Positions 14,101 through 28,219 of a stretch of 64,000 nucleotides of DNA are shown here, in pieces. The number at the start of each line of letters is the position of its first letter. The first letter of the stretch is position 1. Below the pieces are notes generated by a model. That model worked only from the letters and a program-made list of their open reading frames with translations. It made no database searches and had not been told where the DNA came from. The stretch lies in the NCBI RefSeq assembly GCF_009914755.1, contig NC_060936.1; one strand, written 5' to 3'. The position numbers were made by a program, and so were the translations under genes. The DNA is from the human T2T-CHM13v2.0 reference genome, Homo sapiens.

Positions 14101-15307
14101 TGGGTTGTTGACACAGCGAGATGTATTCAATTTAAAGGACTGTTCTTTATTCTGAGATCATATATTTCTTAGTTTTGTTTGTAGTTTCCATATCCTTTGT
14201 TTTTTTAAAAAAAATATGGTATAGGACTATTTTTTAAAAGTCGAAATTGGAAAAATAACAATTCATCGTGCTACATCATGCCACCACTGCCACTATCATT
14301 ATAAAATAATTAGTCTGCAAATTGAGAAATCAGAAACCTCTCCTCTAAGCAACTGGCAATAGAGGCTGTGTGCCTGGAAGGAGCAAAGTCCCCACCAAGA
14401 CTGGTTCCCTCTTGGCCAAAAAGGAGGCTTGACGAAGGGACTGCCACTGCCAGTATGGGTCATGGGACATCAGGGAGCTTCGTATAACCATATCCCAATA
14501 TGACACTCTCCACTCAAGTATCTTGTGAATTCAGCCACATAGGGGTTTCATTATGTTACAGTTCAGACTTCTGTTTTAAATTATTTGCTTTCATTTTTCA
14601 CTTCAATTAACGTAGGTGGGTAACCACCTACCAGGTGTCAACATCACCAGCAGTTTTGATATGCATTATTTTTCTTAGTCCTATGAGATAAGCCCTTAAA
14701 ATGTCCAAGGTATACCACACCCGGCTTTTGTAGCTCACTGCCGCAAACTTTTCATGATCGTCCCCCAGATCTTGGTTGCTCAAATTCAATCTTCCTCATC
14801 TAATTTCTGTGCCATTTTCTCCTTTTGTGATGCATTCTGCATACCACTATTGATTAAAACACTATGCATGTTCATCTATTTCTCCAGCTTCACCATACCC
14901 TCAGTGATTTGTACCACATCTAACACATAAAGGATGTTCTGAATGAGTAAAACTAATCCTAGACCACTTTCCAAAAAGCTAATCATTAGATAATTTGATG
15001 AAATTATCAAAATGTTGACTTCTTGCATAAAAATAAACCTGAAAAGTAGGCTAACTTCTACAGTTCATTATGGAAATAGGGTGAAAATGGGGTCTAGTGA
15101 AGTGATGGCAAAATTAATTAGGAGAATTATAACGAGATAATTCATATAAAGCTCTTACACATAGCAAGGGCTCCATACATAATAGTCTTCCTTTTCCAAC
15201 TCCTTTTCTGATTAGTTGCTCATTGGAATGTTGTGAAGATTGGTTTTTCTTTTTTTTTTTTTTTTTTTTTTAGAAAATCTTATTGTTTTCAAAACACTGC
15301 TTTTTAA

Positions 15308-15455
15308 TTTTTTGCGGTGTTTTGTTTTTTTTTAATTTTTACTTTTTAAAATTTTTTATTATTTATTTATTTATTTATTTATTTATATTTTATTTTAAGT
15401 TCCAGGATACATGTGCAGAATGTGTAGGCTTGCTACACTGGGGAAAAAAAAAAAA
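15308..15455 (-). mobile_element. Severely 5'-truncated L1PA insertion
   Basis: T-rich tail then ttaagttccaggatacatgtgcagaatgtgtagg; perfect 17-bp TSD aaaacactgctttttaa at 15291-15307 and 15456-15472. Confidence 0.85.
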
Positions 15456-18400
15456 AAAACACTGCTTTTTAAAAACAATAATATCAACACTGGGCCCAGG
15501 AAAACCACCTCAAAAACACCATTTTGGCTTTTCTTATGTTCTCCTGAATCCCCATACACATCACACACACACACACTCGCACAGACACACACACAAATAC
15601 TCACTTTCCAAATTTTGGTTGACATCTGATTGCTGATTACTATGAGTGTGATCTTCCAGACAACTGTGTCTGCATCAAGTACCCCTAGGGGTCATTCCCA
15701 TTTGATTCTGTGTTAATATTTTTATAATTTTTGTATTTTTATAATATTTTCACAAAATTTCATAATTTTTCCATGAGGCCAAATCAGAAGCTTCTTCAAA
15801 GTAAAGATTAAATATACCTTTTTTTCTTAAAATGTCTGCACCTTCAGGCTTTCACAGGATATTAAATCAGTGTGACAGCACTTTTAGGAGCGTAGGTAAG
15901 CTACTAGAAGATTAGCACAATTTAATTCTAAGAACAGCTGGTAGTTGATAAATATTAAACAGTCAGAAGACAATTTAGGGCTAGAAGCACCAACATTCTA
16001 AGAATCATGTACAATTATTATGTCTGTTTTTGAAAGAGGCATTTTTAAAAATATTAGGAACACGTTGCAAATCTATCAAGATCCCATCATTTGTGAAGTC
16101 CAACATGACTTAGATTTTAACAATTTGTTTCCAGCCAATCACCAAATCTCTTTGAAATGTGTCATGTTATATTGGCATGCTTGTCTCTTTCTGTTTGTGC
16201 CTATGTATTCTATTTACACCACCCAGGGTAAAGTGATGTTTAATACTCATTTTAATACCAATGTTATCAAAATATATTTTAGCCTACATTCAACAGCTCT
16301 GGAGTAGGCCAAAACCTTTTCTCCTCATTATCACCTCAGTGAGAGTCCCTTGCCAGGATCTGGCTAGGAGGCTTATATCTGACAAAGCTTAATGAAGTGT
16401 TAATGAAGGGAAACCATCCCAGCCCATTTAGAGCTTTATTCAGAACAGATTTAAGAGTACTCTGGTAAAAGGCTTTAATAGTGGCTCTTTTTCTTCCCCA
16501 GGAGGGGACGGATAAGGTGAGAGGCTGTAGACTTAACTTGGTCATATTTGGCTTGAATGGTTTTGCCTTTTGTTCACTAAACTGAGGTTTAATCCTTCTC
16601 CTTATTTTAAAATTCCTCTGTATGGGTCCATTCCTCTGTATGGGCCTATGAATTCCTCATTCTAGATAGCTGCCCAACCTTTCCAATCAATGTCTAGGCC
16701 CTTAAGCATGCACTGTTAACATACCCATAGCTTCTTTTTCTTCCCTTTAAGTAACTTCTTCATCCTCTCTAGTCCCATCAAAGCTATTCATTTAACAGAA
16801 AACCATCAGCCAAGGTCTACAAAGAATTCCGTGGCCAAATCCTCTGCATTCCATTTGACTCCCCTGTGCTGACATGGCACCACTCATCAATCATAGCCAT
16901 TCAGCACTCTTCAGTGTAGCTTACATGGTTCTCTTCTCTTGCAGCCATTAACTTAGGGGCCAGAAGACCTACATTCTAGTCCTAGCCTTGCCACTTAGTA
17001 TTTCTCCATCTTTGACATATCATTTAACTTCTCAGAGACTTATGGTGATGATGGGGATAGTGACAATAGCTATCTTCACTTTTCAGAGAGAGAATTTGAG
17101 ATGCAGTTTCCCATACTGCACAATCGTTATAAGTATCAAATTAAGGTAAAGTATATAAATTTACTTTGAAAACTGTAAAACATCATGAAAGGTAATATTT
17201 TGTTATCTTTATCTCCTACCTCCAGCCACATGTACTGTAGTGTTCCTTCCTGTTCTCTCTTCCAATTTTCCTTTCCTTTCTTTCTGGAAGACTCCCTGCT
17301 TTTCCAGTATGAATTTCTGCTGTACACGAATTTCTCTGCATACTTGAGCACTTCTTTCCTAAGTAGCTCATTAGAAGAATGCTTCAAGATGAGGAGTAAA
17401 GGGGCTGACTTCAGGGTGCCACATTTGGAGGAAATAAAAGAACTATCTATGGCCTGTGAGTAGTTGGGACACACCAGTTTCTGGAGTGTTCTTTGATCAT
17501 TGAAGAGTCTCACCCAAATAGAATTTAGATTATCCAAATTTTCTTTCCATCTGTCTGCCTACGATTATCAGAAGTTCATATAATCTCTAATATATAGGCT
17601 TTCTACTATATACAGCCCCAAATGTCATTAATATTAACTTTTATCAATATCAATATATTTCATTAATATACTTTCAATCAATTATCTCAAACCACATTAA
17701 AATATCATATCCTCCCTCCCTACCCTAGTCCTAATTTCAGTTTGCCCTTGTCCTCACCTCTAATCAGGAGAGAGAAGAGATAGCAATTCATTACATCATA
17801 TTATCTGTAGACTATGAACTATTAGAGAGGACTGGTATTTTGTTGACTTTAAAGTTCTACTAGAACTGATCTGGTAATCTGGAAAAGTAGGCCAGCTCCA
17901 GGAGAGAATTGAGATGTGGCCTCAGGCAAGTCACTTAATCTTTCTTGGCCTCAGTGTCCTCTATTGTAAAATAAGGGCATGAGACTAGTCTCTAAGATCC
18001 CTTCCAACCTTGATGGTCTTTGATACCATGTAGTAAGATAACATGTTCATCTGGATTTTTGTGGAGGGGTGAGGAATAGAGTGGAGTGGGGATGAAAATA
18101 GAGTGTGCCTTATTAGGAATTCCCTTTCCTTTCCCTACTGCATGTAAAGAGCTTCAACATTCTCTTTGCAACCTTTTATGTGCCAAATCTTAAAATCTGT
18201 CAGCAAGGATGCAGTTTAAAAATTCATAATTGGATCATACATCTTCAGATTTTACCACCACTGCTCATTTCCTTTGTTTACTTTAATCTACTCACCCTGA
18301 ACCCTGTGCATTTTTGATGGCTTTCCACCTATTTATTCACTCACCTTTCCTTCACTCAACATTCTCTTCTCATGGACATCATACCAGAAACTTCTTGAAT

Positions 18401-21400
18401 AGATTGTAAATCCCAACCCCTTTATTTTCAGATGAAGAACAAAGAAAGATTAAGGGACTTGCCCAGAGTCAAACAGCTATATGGATTATAAAGCAAAGAT
18501 GAGAACCAGACCTCTTGATTTGGTAGTTTAGTTTAGGCTCTTTCCACTCTAACATCTACACCATGCAATGAATATTTCCATTCAACCCTATGGAGTACTC
18601 CAAAGAAGAATAAAGCCCTAAAAAGCGAGTAGCAGCATACCATCCGCTACATTGCCCATAAGACTTAAATTATTTTTAAAAATATTAGCCCTACTCTCTT
18701 TCCTTCTATTTCAAATATTGGTGACATATACCTTCCATTTTATATAATCCTAGTTGTGAATAATTGCATATTTTTCGCAGTTGCTTTGACAAATGAGGTT
18801 GAGACTTCTATAGACTTTATTGTTGCATCTCTACCTCAAATCCACCCAAACCAATCTTTTTCTTGTGTTGAGACTGCCTGCTGATATTCGACTCCACCAC
18901 CATTTAGCTCAGTCAGTGCTGTAGGATCTATGTGAAAAAGCAATTAAATCATTTCTGTAATTATTCTCCCATGCTTATAAATAAATAAGAATTGCACATT
19001 CCCCCGGAAGCCACGAAGGGCCCAGAAACAGTGAATGACAGGGAGGAATGAATGAGGAAACATATTTGCGAAGGCAGTAAAAATTCAGTGAGGTGATGAT
19101 AAATGAGAAAGTTGGAGAGTGAAAATAAGGAAATGGTTAAGAGTCGGGAAAATGGAAAGAGAAGCACAAAATTGGGAGAAAGGAGGGGAGGATTCCTAGG
19201 AACATTGGTAAAAATAAAAAACAATTAAGAAAGAAAGCAGTATAACAAAATAGACCCAGGAGCGAGAGAGAAAGAGAAAGGAGTGCAGGCAGAGGAAGGT
19301 TAAAAGAGGCCAAACACGTGTCGCGGTTGCTATTATTTTCCTTATTGCAAAGCTAAGGAAACTGAGGCAGAGAAGAGTTAAGCAGGCTAAGAACATAGAA
19401 CTAATAAGGGAGAGCCAGAATCAGTCCAGGTCTGTCTGGGCCTGAATTCTATCTATTATATTGAGCTCAAACTCTTTTTCAATTTTTAAAATTACAAAAT
19501 GTGAATCTATGATGATCTCACAACAAAATGTTTAATCTAAAAAATTTATATTATTATTCCTGATATCCCTTATCAATAAATTAGCTACAGCTCCTCACCC
19601 AGGCCCCCACTATGACCAAGCATATGGATGGAGAAGGTGGCTGCTGGAGGGAATCTCTGCCGTGGGATGGAAGAGCACTACAAGGTCCCACAGAGATAGG
19701 GCATTATGTCCTTGGGTGGCCTCATTACATGCTAAGTTCTAACCAACTGAACCAACTGGCCACAGACAATAAAGCTAATGTTTGATAGCTCCAAAAGTCA
19801 AGAGCAGACCACCTGGGAACTTTTAACTAATGCCAGGTCCAAAGGTAGGCTACAGAGGGGCCTCAGCACTGACAGGATGAAGCACGATGATGGCTGCGTG
19901 TACCACATAAGGTAGAAGCCGTGTGGAACAGTGGGTCACAGGAGATGGGGGGGAGGACAAGGTGGGAGAAGGGCAGAGAGACACGAACCAGAGATGCAAT
20001 GATGGAGAGCAGGGAGCAGGGCAAGGAGAGAAAGGAGGACAGAGAGAAGGAACAATCAGAGAAGCCAAGAGGGGAAGAAACAAAGAAGGATGCATGCACA
20101 GGCAGGCTGAGATGAGTCCATGAGGGCAGGGAAAAGCAGCTGAGGGTTCTTAGTGCAGAAAGTAGGGTTAAGCCCTCTCTGTAGTGTGGATGGTTAAAAC
20201 GGTCCATAAATCGTCGGAGTTCACCAATTTATGTGGACTTCCCTCCTCTGCCAGATTCTCTTCTACTTCCCAGAGCAGGTCCTGAAGTCCTTCTGCCTTA
20301 ATAGACAAAATTCTCTCCAGGCTCCAGAGCAGGTATGGACAGTCCCCTGCTCAGCTGAGGACAACTGACACCCTCCTCAAGCAGCTCCCCTTCAGGGTTT
20401 CTGTTTGCAGCAAGGTATCCCAGCAGAGCCACCCCTCATGCTAGGATCAGAGAGGATCCCCACAAACGGTGGAATCTGTGGCCATCAGGAAAGTACCTTC
20501 CGTTTAAAATACATATTTCCCTTATGGTCCAATGGGGTATCTGAAATTCCACTATTACAAACTTCTTTCACTAAGTTAGAATACAAATGCCCCTAGGGAG
20601 GGAAACCCGTTAGTTGCTCTTGTCTATTTGGACCCTGGCAAGGACTTAGTGTTACAGACTGAAAGGAGGAAATTCTGGGGCCACGTGGAGGACAGACCCA
20701 GGACTGAATCGAACACTACTTCCTGGAGAAACCCCAGCAGTGCCAGGAGCAGAGGGAAGCAGGAAAAGAGTCCTCTGGGCAGGCAAAGGGCAGAAAAAAG
20801 GCACTGGAGAATTAGAGGTAGGAGCTGTCAAATGACAGAAAAGAACATGGAAAAGGAAGGAAAAAATGGTTAAAAGTAGATTCTTTTCCAATTGCATAAC
20901 TTTTCCCTGAACTGACCATCAAGATCAAGATCACAAAGTGGCCATGATTGCTACTTGGAAGTTCCAGAAGCACACAAAAAAACCCTTTTCAAGCCCTAAT
21001 GCTTCCTCCCACAGACAAAAAGCCAGCTCCAGATACTTCCAACTCTTAACAGCTTCAGAAGCCCCCACTACAATGACTAGTTAGCCTCTTTCTTGAACCC
21101 AACAGAGCACAAGAGTGGAATACACCAACGTGAGAGAAAGTGCTCTTCTCCTAGAGCATCTAGAAAGCTGAACGGTGTCCTTATCCCCCTCTCTGCTTTG
21201 CTGAGTAGTTTTCATAACAACCACTGAACTGGTTTCCCTTCTGGAAGAACTGAAATGACACCAGTAACTACTTGCTGGGTTACCAAGTCTTCCCTTTCAT
21301 TGACCAGTGAGACTTCTCCTCGGGCACAGAAACTGCAGGGCCAAATGGGTGAAGTTCCATGACCCCAAATAGTACTTTCCTCAATAAAATTAGTCACCAA

Positions 21401-24334
21401 TTTGTTCTTGGAGAACAACAGTGATGAGAGACCAGGGCATTCACGTCTGTATCAGCCTCTTCTGATACAGATGTGCTGGTTAGATGTCTGGAAAAAATGA
21501 CATGGCAGGCAAGCAGGCAAGCAGGACAAGAACTGGGACTCTGGCCGCTGCTCTCTTTCTACCCTGCAGAGCAGCCCGGTCTTGAGTCCTGCTACTCAGC
21601 CAGTCCCTGTATTTGGCCAGAGCAAAGCTTCCGTGGCTTATATGAGTGTAACTGGACCTACAGCTGTCACAGCCGTTGGACAACTTCAGGTAATGTTGGT
21701 CTGAGCCATCAGTTCCCCTACTTCTCCCCTGCTTGGTCCTGGGAATTGTTGCACTCACACTTCCTGCCCCAATTCCTCTCTTCCTGGGCTCTGACTCCAG
21801 GCTTCAGACCTTATTTCCTGTTTTCAGTATCAACTCTGGCTTCTAGAGCCATCCTTCCAGAACAGAAGACTCTCTATGACCTCCATTCAGAGGGGCGGTG
21901 GGGGAAAGGTTCTGGCAGAGACCCCAGGCAAGCAGCCAGCTTGGGCCTAGGGGAAGAGAATTATTCACAGGATCACAGATGTTAGAGATGAAAAGAACTT
22001 GCAAAAACACATCTCACTCATCCATCCCACCTTGTAATGTAGGCTGTTTTCCAAGAGCATATGGCCTGTTCCCATCTGATTTCAAAGAATCTATCATTAC
22101 CGACAAATACACACTGAGCACACCTCGTGTGCTCTGTGTTGTCCCAGTCATGAGGGGTGGAAACCAAGGGGCTCTCTTTCTCTAGAAAGGGCTTGCACAC
22201 TGTGTGATAAATTTACTTCTCTCATGCATTGCCTGAGCCCGCCTAGATATCTGTCCCATCATGCTCACACAGATATCTTCCAAACACCTGAATACCCCTC
22301 TTGCAGATAAGCAAGCCTCTGATTATCCTGGGAAAATAATAGGGACAATAGATGCTGAAGGACCAGCAATGGGAGGAACTATGGGAGGGTGCTGAGGGGG
22401 ACAATGGAAACAGCCTTTGGGCAACACCGACACTGACTGGTAAAGATTTTGGTCTGTGGTAACAGCAATTACAGCTGATTCTCTAAGACTATTCAAGAAG
22501 TAAGAAGGAAAAGATTGCTCTAAGACCTATCGCCATCCAGGATAGTGAGGAAAGGATACTCTCTTCCTTGTCAACTTCTCATCTACTGAGATGGAATCCT
22601 AGACCTTAGACTGATGTGCACTCAATTTTATTTTCTCCTCACACACACCATGGTACAGAAAAAAATTCCCCCAATCCCCAGGGTTATTGAAGAGTTTCAG
22701 CTGATCCAGGATCAAATCCTGGGGCATCCAGTTGAAAGTGTTCTGGGCTTGAAGGTCTCAGGTTCACTCTCAACCAGAGTCTAGAGTTTGGAGAGAATTG
22801 GAATTCCCATGCAGCTGCAGCTCCCAGGCCCCATCAGACTGGGGGTGGACCTGACAGTTTTGCCCACCCTACATCCTTTCTTCTCTAATTCTCTTTCCCT
22901 TTCTACTTCTTGTCTTTCATCCCACTCTTGTCTCTCCCTTGGCTATTCCCTTATTCTGAATATTTAGGTCTTAATCAAGGTCAACTGGGAAAGGGAGGAA
23001 GTCAACTTTGCCAGGCTCCAGTTAGCCCCTGTTGCAATAGCTGGGATATCCTATTACTCCAAGGCTAAATGCTTGATGTCCCAGGAGGGCTGAATAAATA
23101 AAAGTGTTCAAAATAAAGTGAAGCATACTGGTGAAATCCATGGACTTCACTGTCATTTAGATAAGTGTTCTAGTTTCCACACTGCCATTAATAGTGCGGG
23201 CCAGTTGCTTTCCTTTCTGATTCTCTTTCTTCATCTGTAAAAGAAGGAGAATAATACTACTGTCTAAATCCTAGGTCTCCTTTGAAGGTTAAATTGGCTC
23301 AGTGCAGGCAAAGCACCATTTCGTATAAAGAGTGGCACCAGAAATGCAGTAGGCATTTGGTTTTTCTAAAGGGGTAATAAAATGAAGCTGACCTCTTCTG
23401 AAACTCCAAATTTGGCCCACCCCACTCTCCTCCCAACCAGGGCAAATCCAGGATTCAAAACATACCCAAAAGAGTATGTTAATCAATTCTGGGTTAAGAC
23501 CCTTAACAACCTGCACTCCCACTGAATATCAGAGACAAGAGAGTTGTTGAACTGACATCTGATGGTGGATTTCAGCGTCTCTAATTCCACTGACTTTCTT
23601 TGTCATTTTCATGGTGTTTCCTCCCTTCTGTTTTCATTTCCTTTCCTCATCTCCATTAGCTTCTTTTCATTTTTCTCCAACTCTTCTTTCTCCTTCTTAA
23701 TCTTTATTAAGCATTCACTCAATGACATTGCACTGGAAACCATGATGAGAAATCTCACCAAATAGAGCCTGACCTGTCACAGACTTTATAACCTAAACAA
23801 CATGACATGTTCTACTCACCAGTGGTTCTCAAACTGGGAAGTTTATAAAAACAGTAATTAGTAGGGCTTTGCTCCAAACCTATTAAATCTAAATCCTTGG
23901 GTATGAGGCCAGAGTACCTCTATTAAAATAACAATAATAAAATAAAATCTCCCCTGTTGATTTCAAAGTCAACCACTACCATACACTAAAATAAACTATA
24001 AATTCTACCAAGCTCCTTTCTCTCTTTCTTGCTATTTTTTAACTCCTTCGTTCTCACCATCCTCTCAGCTCATTATGTCAAACTGTTTTATTTTTGAGAA
24101 TTTACAATATTTGCTTTGATATAAGCAATGAGAATACAGGAATGGTAAGAATAAAAGGCAAAGAGGTTGGAAGGAGATGGAAGGGGTATGCAGACAGTAG
24201 ATCTGTGAAGGCAAAAGAAGTGGAGCGATGCAGATGGAAGACAGCAGAAATAAGAGTAGGCAGAGGAGGAGGAGGGTGGGTGGGTGGAAGCAGCATGCAG
24301 AAACCACAGTGCAGCCTGGCTTCCTGGGAAGCCT

Positions 24335-24413
24335 GTTGCCCTAGCAACGTGATGCTGAAAGGTTAAAGGCTGCTTGCTCCCTACTACTCTGGATTACATG
24401 TTGCCAAGGCAAC
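24335..24413. promoter_or_regulatory. Paired RFX X-boxes (candidate enhancer)
   Basis: GTTGCCCTAGCAAC (24335-24348) and GTTGCCAAGGCAAC (24400-24413). Confidence 0.7.
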
Positions 24414-25259
24414 AGAAGGCACCCAAGACACGTGGTGGCAGGCCATGAGGACTTGGGGGTATGCCAGGAATCCTCAGTTCAAGACAGGCTACCCTGGCTG
24501 GCTGCACCATTGTGCTACCTTCCACTCTCAACCCATACCTCAGAAGCTCACCCCAGATGCAGCATTCCCTGTGATACTCTTCTCAGTGCCACCACCCCAC
24601 TTTGGGAAGGGAGGAAATGATATTCAGCTGCAACTAGGTAGACAAATCCAGGAGGAGTCAAGGGACACTAGTGCATGGAAACTCCAAGAACTCAAAAGGA
24701 GAAGCAGCCATTTAGTTAGAGGAAAGCCAATTATAATGTATCTAACTTCCTCCATTGCTTTGCTCAACTGTTTGCAAGCTTGTAAACAAATTTTGTAAAA
24801 ATAACAAAACAAAACAAAACCTGCATAATACACCTATCAAAAGAAAAGGATGCCTTTTCTTTTAAGAGGAATTTGTCTTTCAATACTAGTAGATAACAGA
24901 AGCCATTTATTCAAAACCAGGTGTGTACCTGGCAGAGTAATGAGTGACTTAAAAGGTTATTTCATTTAATCTTCATAATAGTTCTTTGAGGTGGAAGAGT
25001 ATTAACCACAACAGAGAGATGAGGAAAAAAAAAAAAAAAAAAACAGATCACAGAAATCACACGTGGCAAGAGGTCACCGGGCTCTGAAAGGTGGAACCAG
25101 AACTCAAAATGGCTCCATGGCATATGCTCCATCCACGATACTATACTGCCGCCATCTGAAAAGACACTATATCAGGTAACATGGCCCCATTCTTACACCC
25201 AGAATGAATAAAAAAACAGCACCCTGCCAATACCTCAGGCCCTATATCAGCCAACTCCG

Positions 25260-25665
25260 GAGCACCTCCTCAGCCTCAGCTATACTGACCCTCCTATTAC
25301 TCATCAAGAAACAACAGCAACCAAAACACTTTCCCACTTGAAGGCCTTCACACCTGCTGTTCTCTCTGCCAAAATGCTGCCCCTCAGATCTTCAGGCATC
25401 TTGATCCTTCTCACCATGAAAATCTCAAGGGCTACCTCCTCTGCGGCCTTCCCTGACAACCCTAACTAAAATAGCTCACAATACCTCTTTCTGCTATTTT
25501 CATTAAAGCATTCACCACTATCCAAAATAATACTGTTTAATTGATGTGTCTGTTTACTGTCAGTCAATGCTCCATGAGGACATGTCTCTCTTACTGATCA
25601 CATCTCCAGAACCTCAAATAGTTCCTAATACCCAGTAGATAAAAGATATTTTGTGAATAAATAAC
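25260..25665 (+). mobile_element. L2 3' fragment
   Basis: ggccttcacacctgctgttctctctgcc...ggccttccctgacaaccctaactaaaatagc...ttgtgaataaat. Confidence 0.75.
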
Positions 25666-26562
25666 TGAGAAAGTATGTTGTTTGGAGAGGAAGTTACTAC
25701 CTTTGAAAAGTTAATTACATTGATTAAATATAGTTGGGTGATACCTTGACAATTAGCATATAATATGAATTGCATATGTTTATTTTCCAAAACATTTAAA
25801 ACTGTTTCTTTCTGCTCACTCTTTTGAAAGAGCGCTAATAAAGTCAGGGCTATCACTGGCACTTAAATATTTTCATGATAAAAGTCTTGCTCTGCTACCT
25901 CAGATGGCACCCCTAACCTGAAGCAGGCCTTTTGCCATGTCTGTCTGCTAAAAATAAAGTGGACACAAATGTGATAACTCCAGCTGGAAGTGCCAGGTTG
26001 CTGATTGCTGGTATCTGGCCCTCATATCTGTGAGGAAGGGAAAGGTGATAGAGCTAGCAGCCCAGAGAGACGTAGGAATGTATCTGCCAGTAACCACAGA
26101 GATTAACCTATCAGCCATTTTCATTTGGGTTTAAAATACTTTTCTCTTAATTGCAACTGACATTTGCTGCCCCGAAATAATTAATTCATCCATACATTTA
26201 ATAAATATGTATTAAGGGCTTACTCTGTGACAAGCTATATGTTAGGTTCTGGTGATACAAAAATGATAAAGACCTAGTCCTTGCCCTTGCAAAGTCTGTA
26301 GTCTAGCAGGACGGAGAACTAAAAGAACTACTACCATTACTTACAGTTGTGATATGGACTATGTATGAAATGAAAAGAAATAAAGGGAAAAGAAACAGGA
26401 GTTTTGAACTGATGGTAGAGAAGAAAAAATATCTGAGGGCATGAGGACCTTGGGTGAGGAGTACAGCCCTAGAGGAGATGTACCACTTGGGCCCTGGAAA
26501 GTAGAAAAATATCAGCACCACACTTAAACACACACATGCACATGCACATGAAACAAGAAGCA

Positions 26563-26853
26563 TGCCAGAAGCAGTGGCTCAGGCCTATAATCCCAGCACT
26601 TTAGAAGGCCAAGGTGGGCGGATCACGAGGTCAGGAGTTCGAGACCAGCCTGGCCAACATGGTGAAACCCTGTCTCTATTAAAAACACAAAAAATAACTC
26701 GGTGTGGTGGTGAGTGCCTATAATCCCAGCTATGAGGGAGGCTGAGGCAAGAGAATCATTCAAACCCAGGAGGCAGAAGTTGCAGTGAGCCGAGATAGTG
26801 CCATTGCACTCCAGGCTGGGTGACAGGGTGAGACTCCACCTCAAAACAAAACA
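26563..26853 (+). mobile_element. Alu (AluSg-like)
   Basis: ggatcacgaggtcaggagttcgagaccagcctggcc; TSD aaacaagaagca at 26551-26562 and 26854-26865. Confidence 0.96.
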
Positions 26854-27215
26854 AAACAAGAAGCAAAAAGCAAAAACAAAACAAGGAGAGAGGCATGCAG
26901 AAAGGGAAACACTAGTGCTAAAAGACGAACTTCACCTTGCCAGTCCCACCAAGGGCCTCGGTAGTGGAACAGCTAAAGGGAACACTGACACCCTTTCAGC
27001 ATTGTCCCAGGCCTGGAGTGAACTAGAAAGAGCATCACCTTTGGAGAGAACACCCAAACTGCATGTCCAATGACCACAGAGCTAGGTGAGTTCAAGATCA
27101 TACTGTTGATGGTTTGTGTTTCTGTTTACTTCATTCATTTATTCAATGGAGACTTACCAAATAACTCTCATAGACCCATACTTGCTGATTCCTACCATTT
27201 TCAAGGCCTTTTCTA

Positions 27216-27600
<385 letters not shown>

Positions 27601-27753
27601 CAAAAGCTCTATTTGTATCACTATTTTATAGATGAGGAAACTAAGGCTCAGAGAAGTGAAGGAGTTTTCTAAAGGTCACACAGTAAGTGGTGATAGAACC
27701 AGGAAACAGCAAGGCAGTGAGATTCCAGAACTCCCTCACTTAACTGTGGTGTG

Positions 27754-28186
27754 TGTATTCATTTCCTAAGGCTGCAGAAGACTCGGGGGCTTAAAACAAC
27801 AGAAATGTATTCTCTCACAGTTCTGAAGGCCAGAAACCTAAAATCAAGGTGTCGGGAGTCTCACACTCTAAGGCTCTAGGGGAGATTCCTTCCTTGCCTC
27901 TTCCAGTTTCTGGCGGCTTTCCTAGCTTGTAGCTCAACAACTACCACCTCTATCTCTCTTTATATGGGCTTCTCCTCTGTGTCTGTGTCTTCTCCTCTTC
28001 TGTGTCTTATAAGGACATTTGTCATTGAATTTAGGGCCCACCCAAATAATTCAAGATGATCTCATCATGACATCTTTAAGTTAATTACATCTGCAAAGAC
28101 CCTTTATCCAAATAAGGTCACATTTATGGTTCCAAGGGTTAAGACATGGACCTATCTTTTGAAGGATCACCATGCTACCCAGTGCA
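27754..28186 (-). mobile_element. MaLR solo LTR (MLT1B/C-like)
   Basis: ggcttaaaacaacagaaatgtattctctcacagttctg...aattacatctgcaaagaccct...ccaaataaggtcacatt. Confidence 0.88.
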
Positions 28187-28219
28187 GTGTGTATAGAGTG
28201 CACAGTTTAATGAGTGTTA

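Noticed and set aside
16350-16375. 7SK-like words gatctggctaggaggc
   Set aside because: Match too short and the flanks do not continue the 7SK sequence.
21473-21985. 170-aa ORF
   Set aside because: GTG start, no recognisable homology or exon structure.
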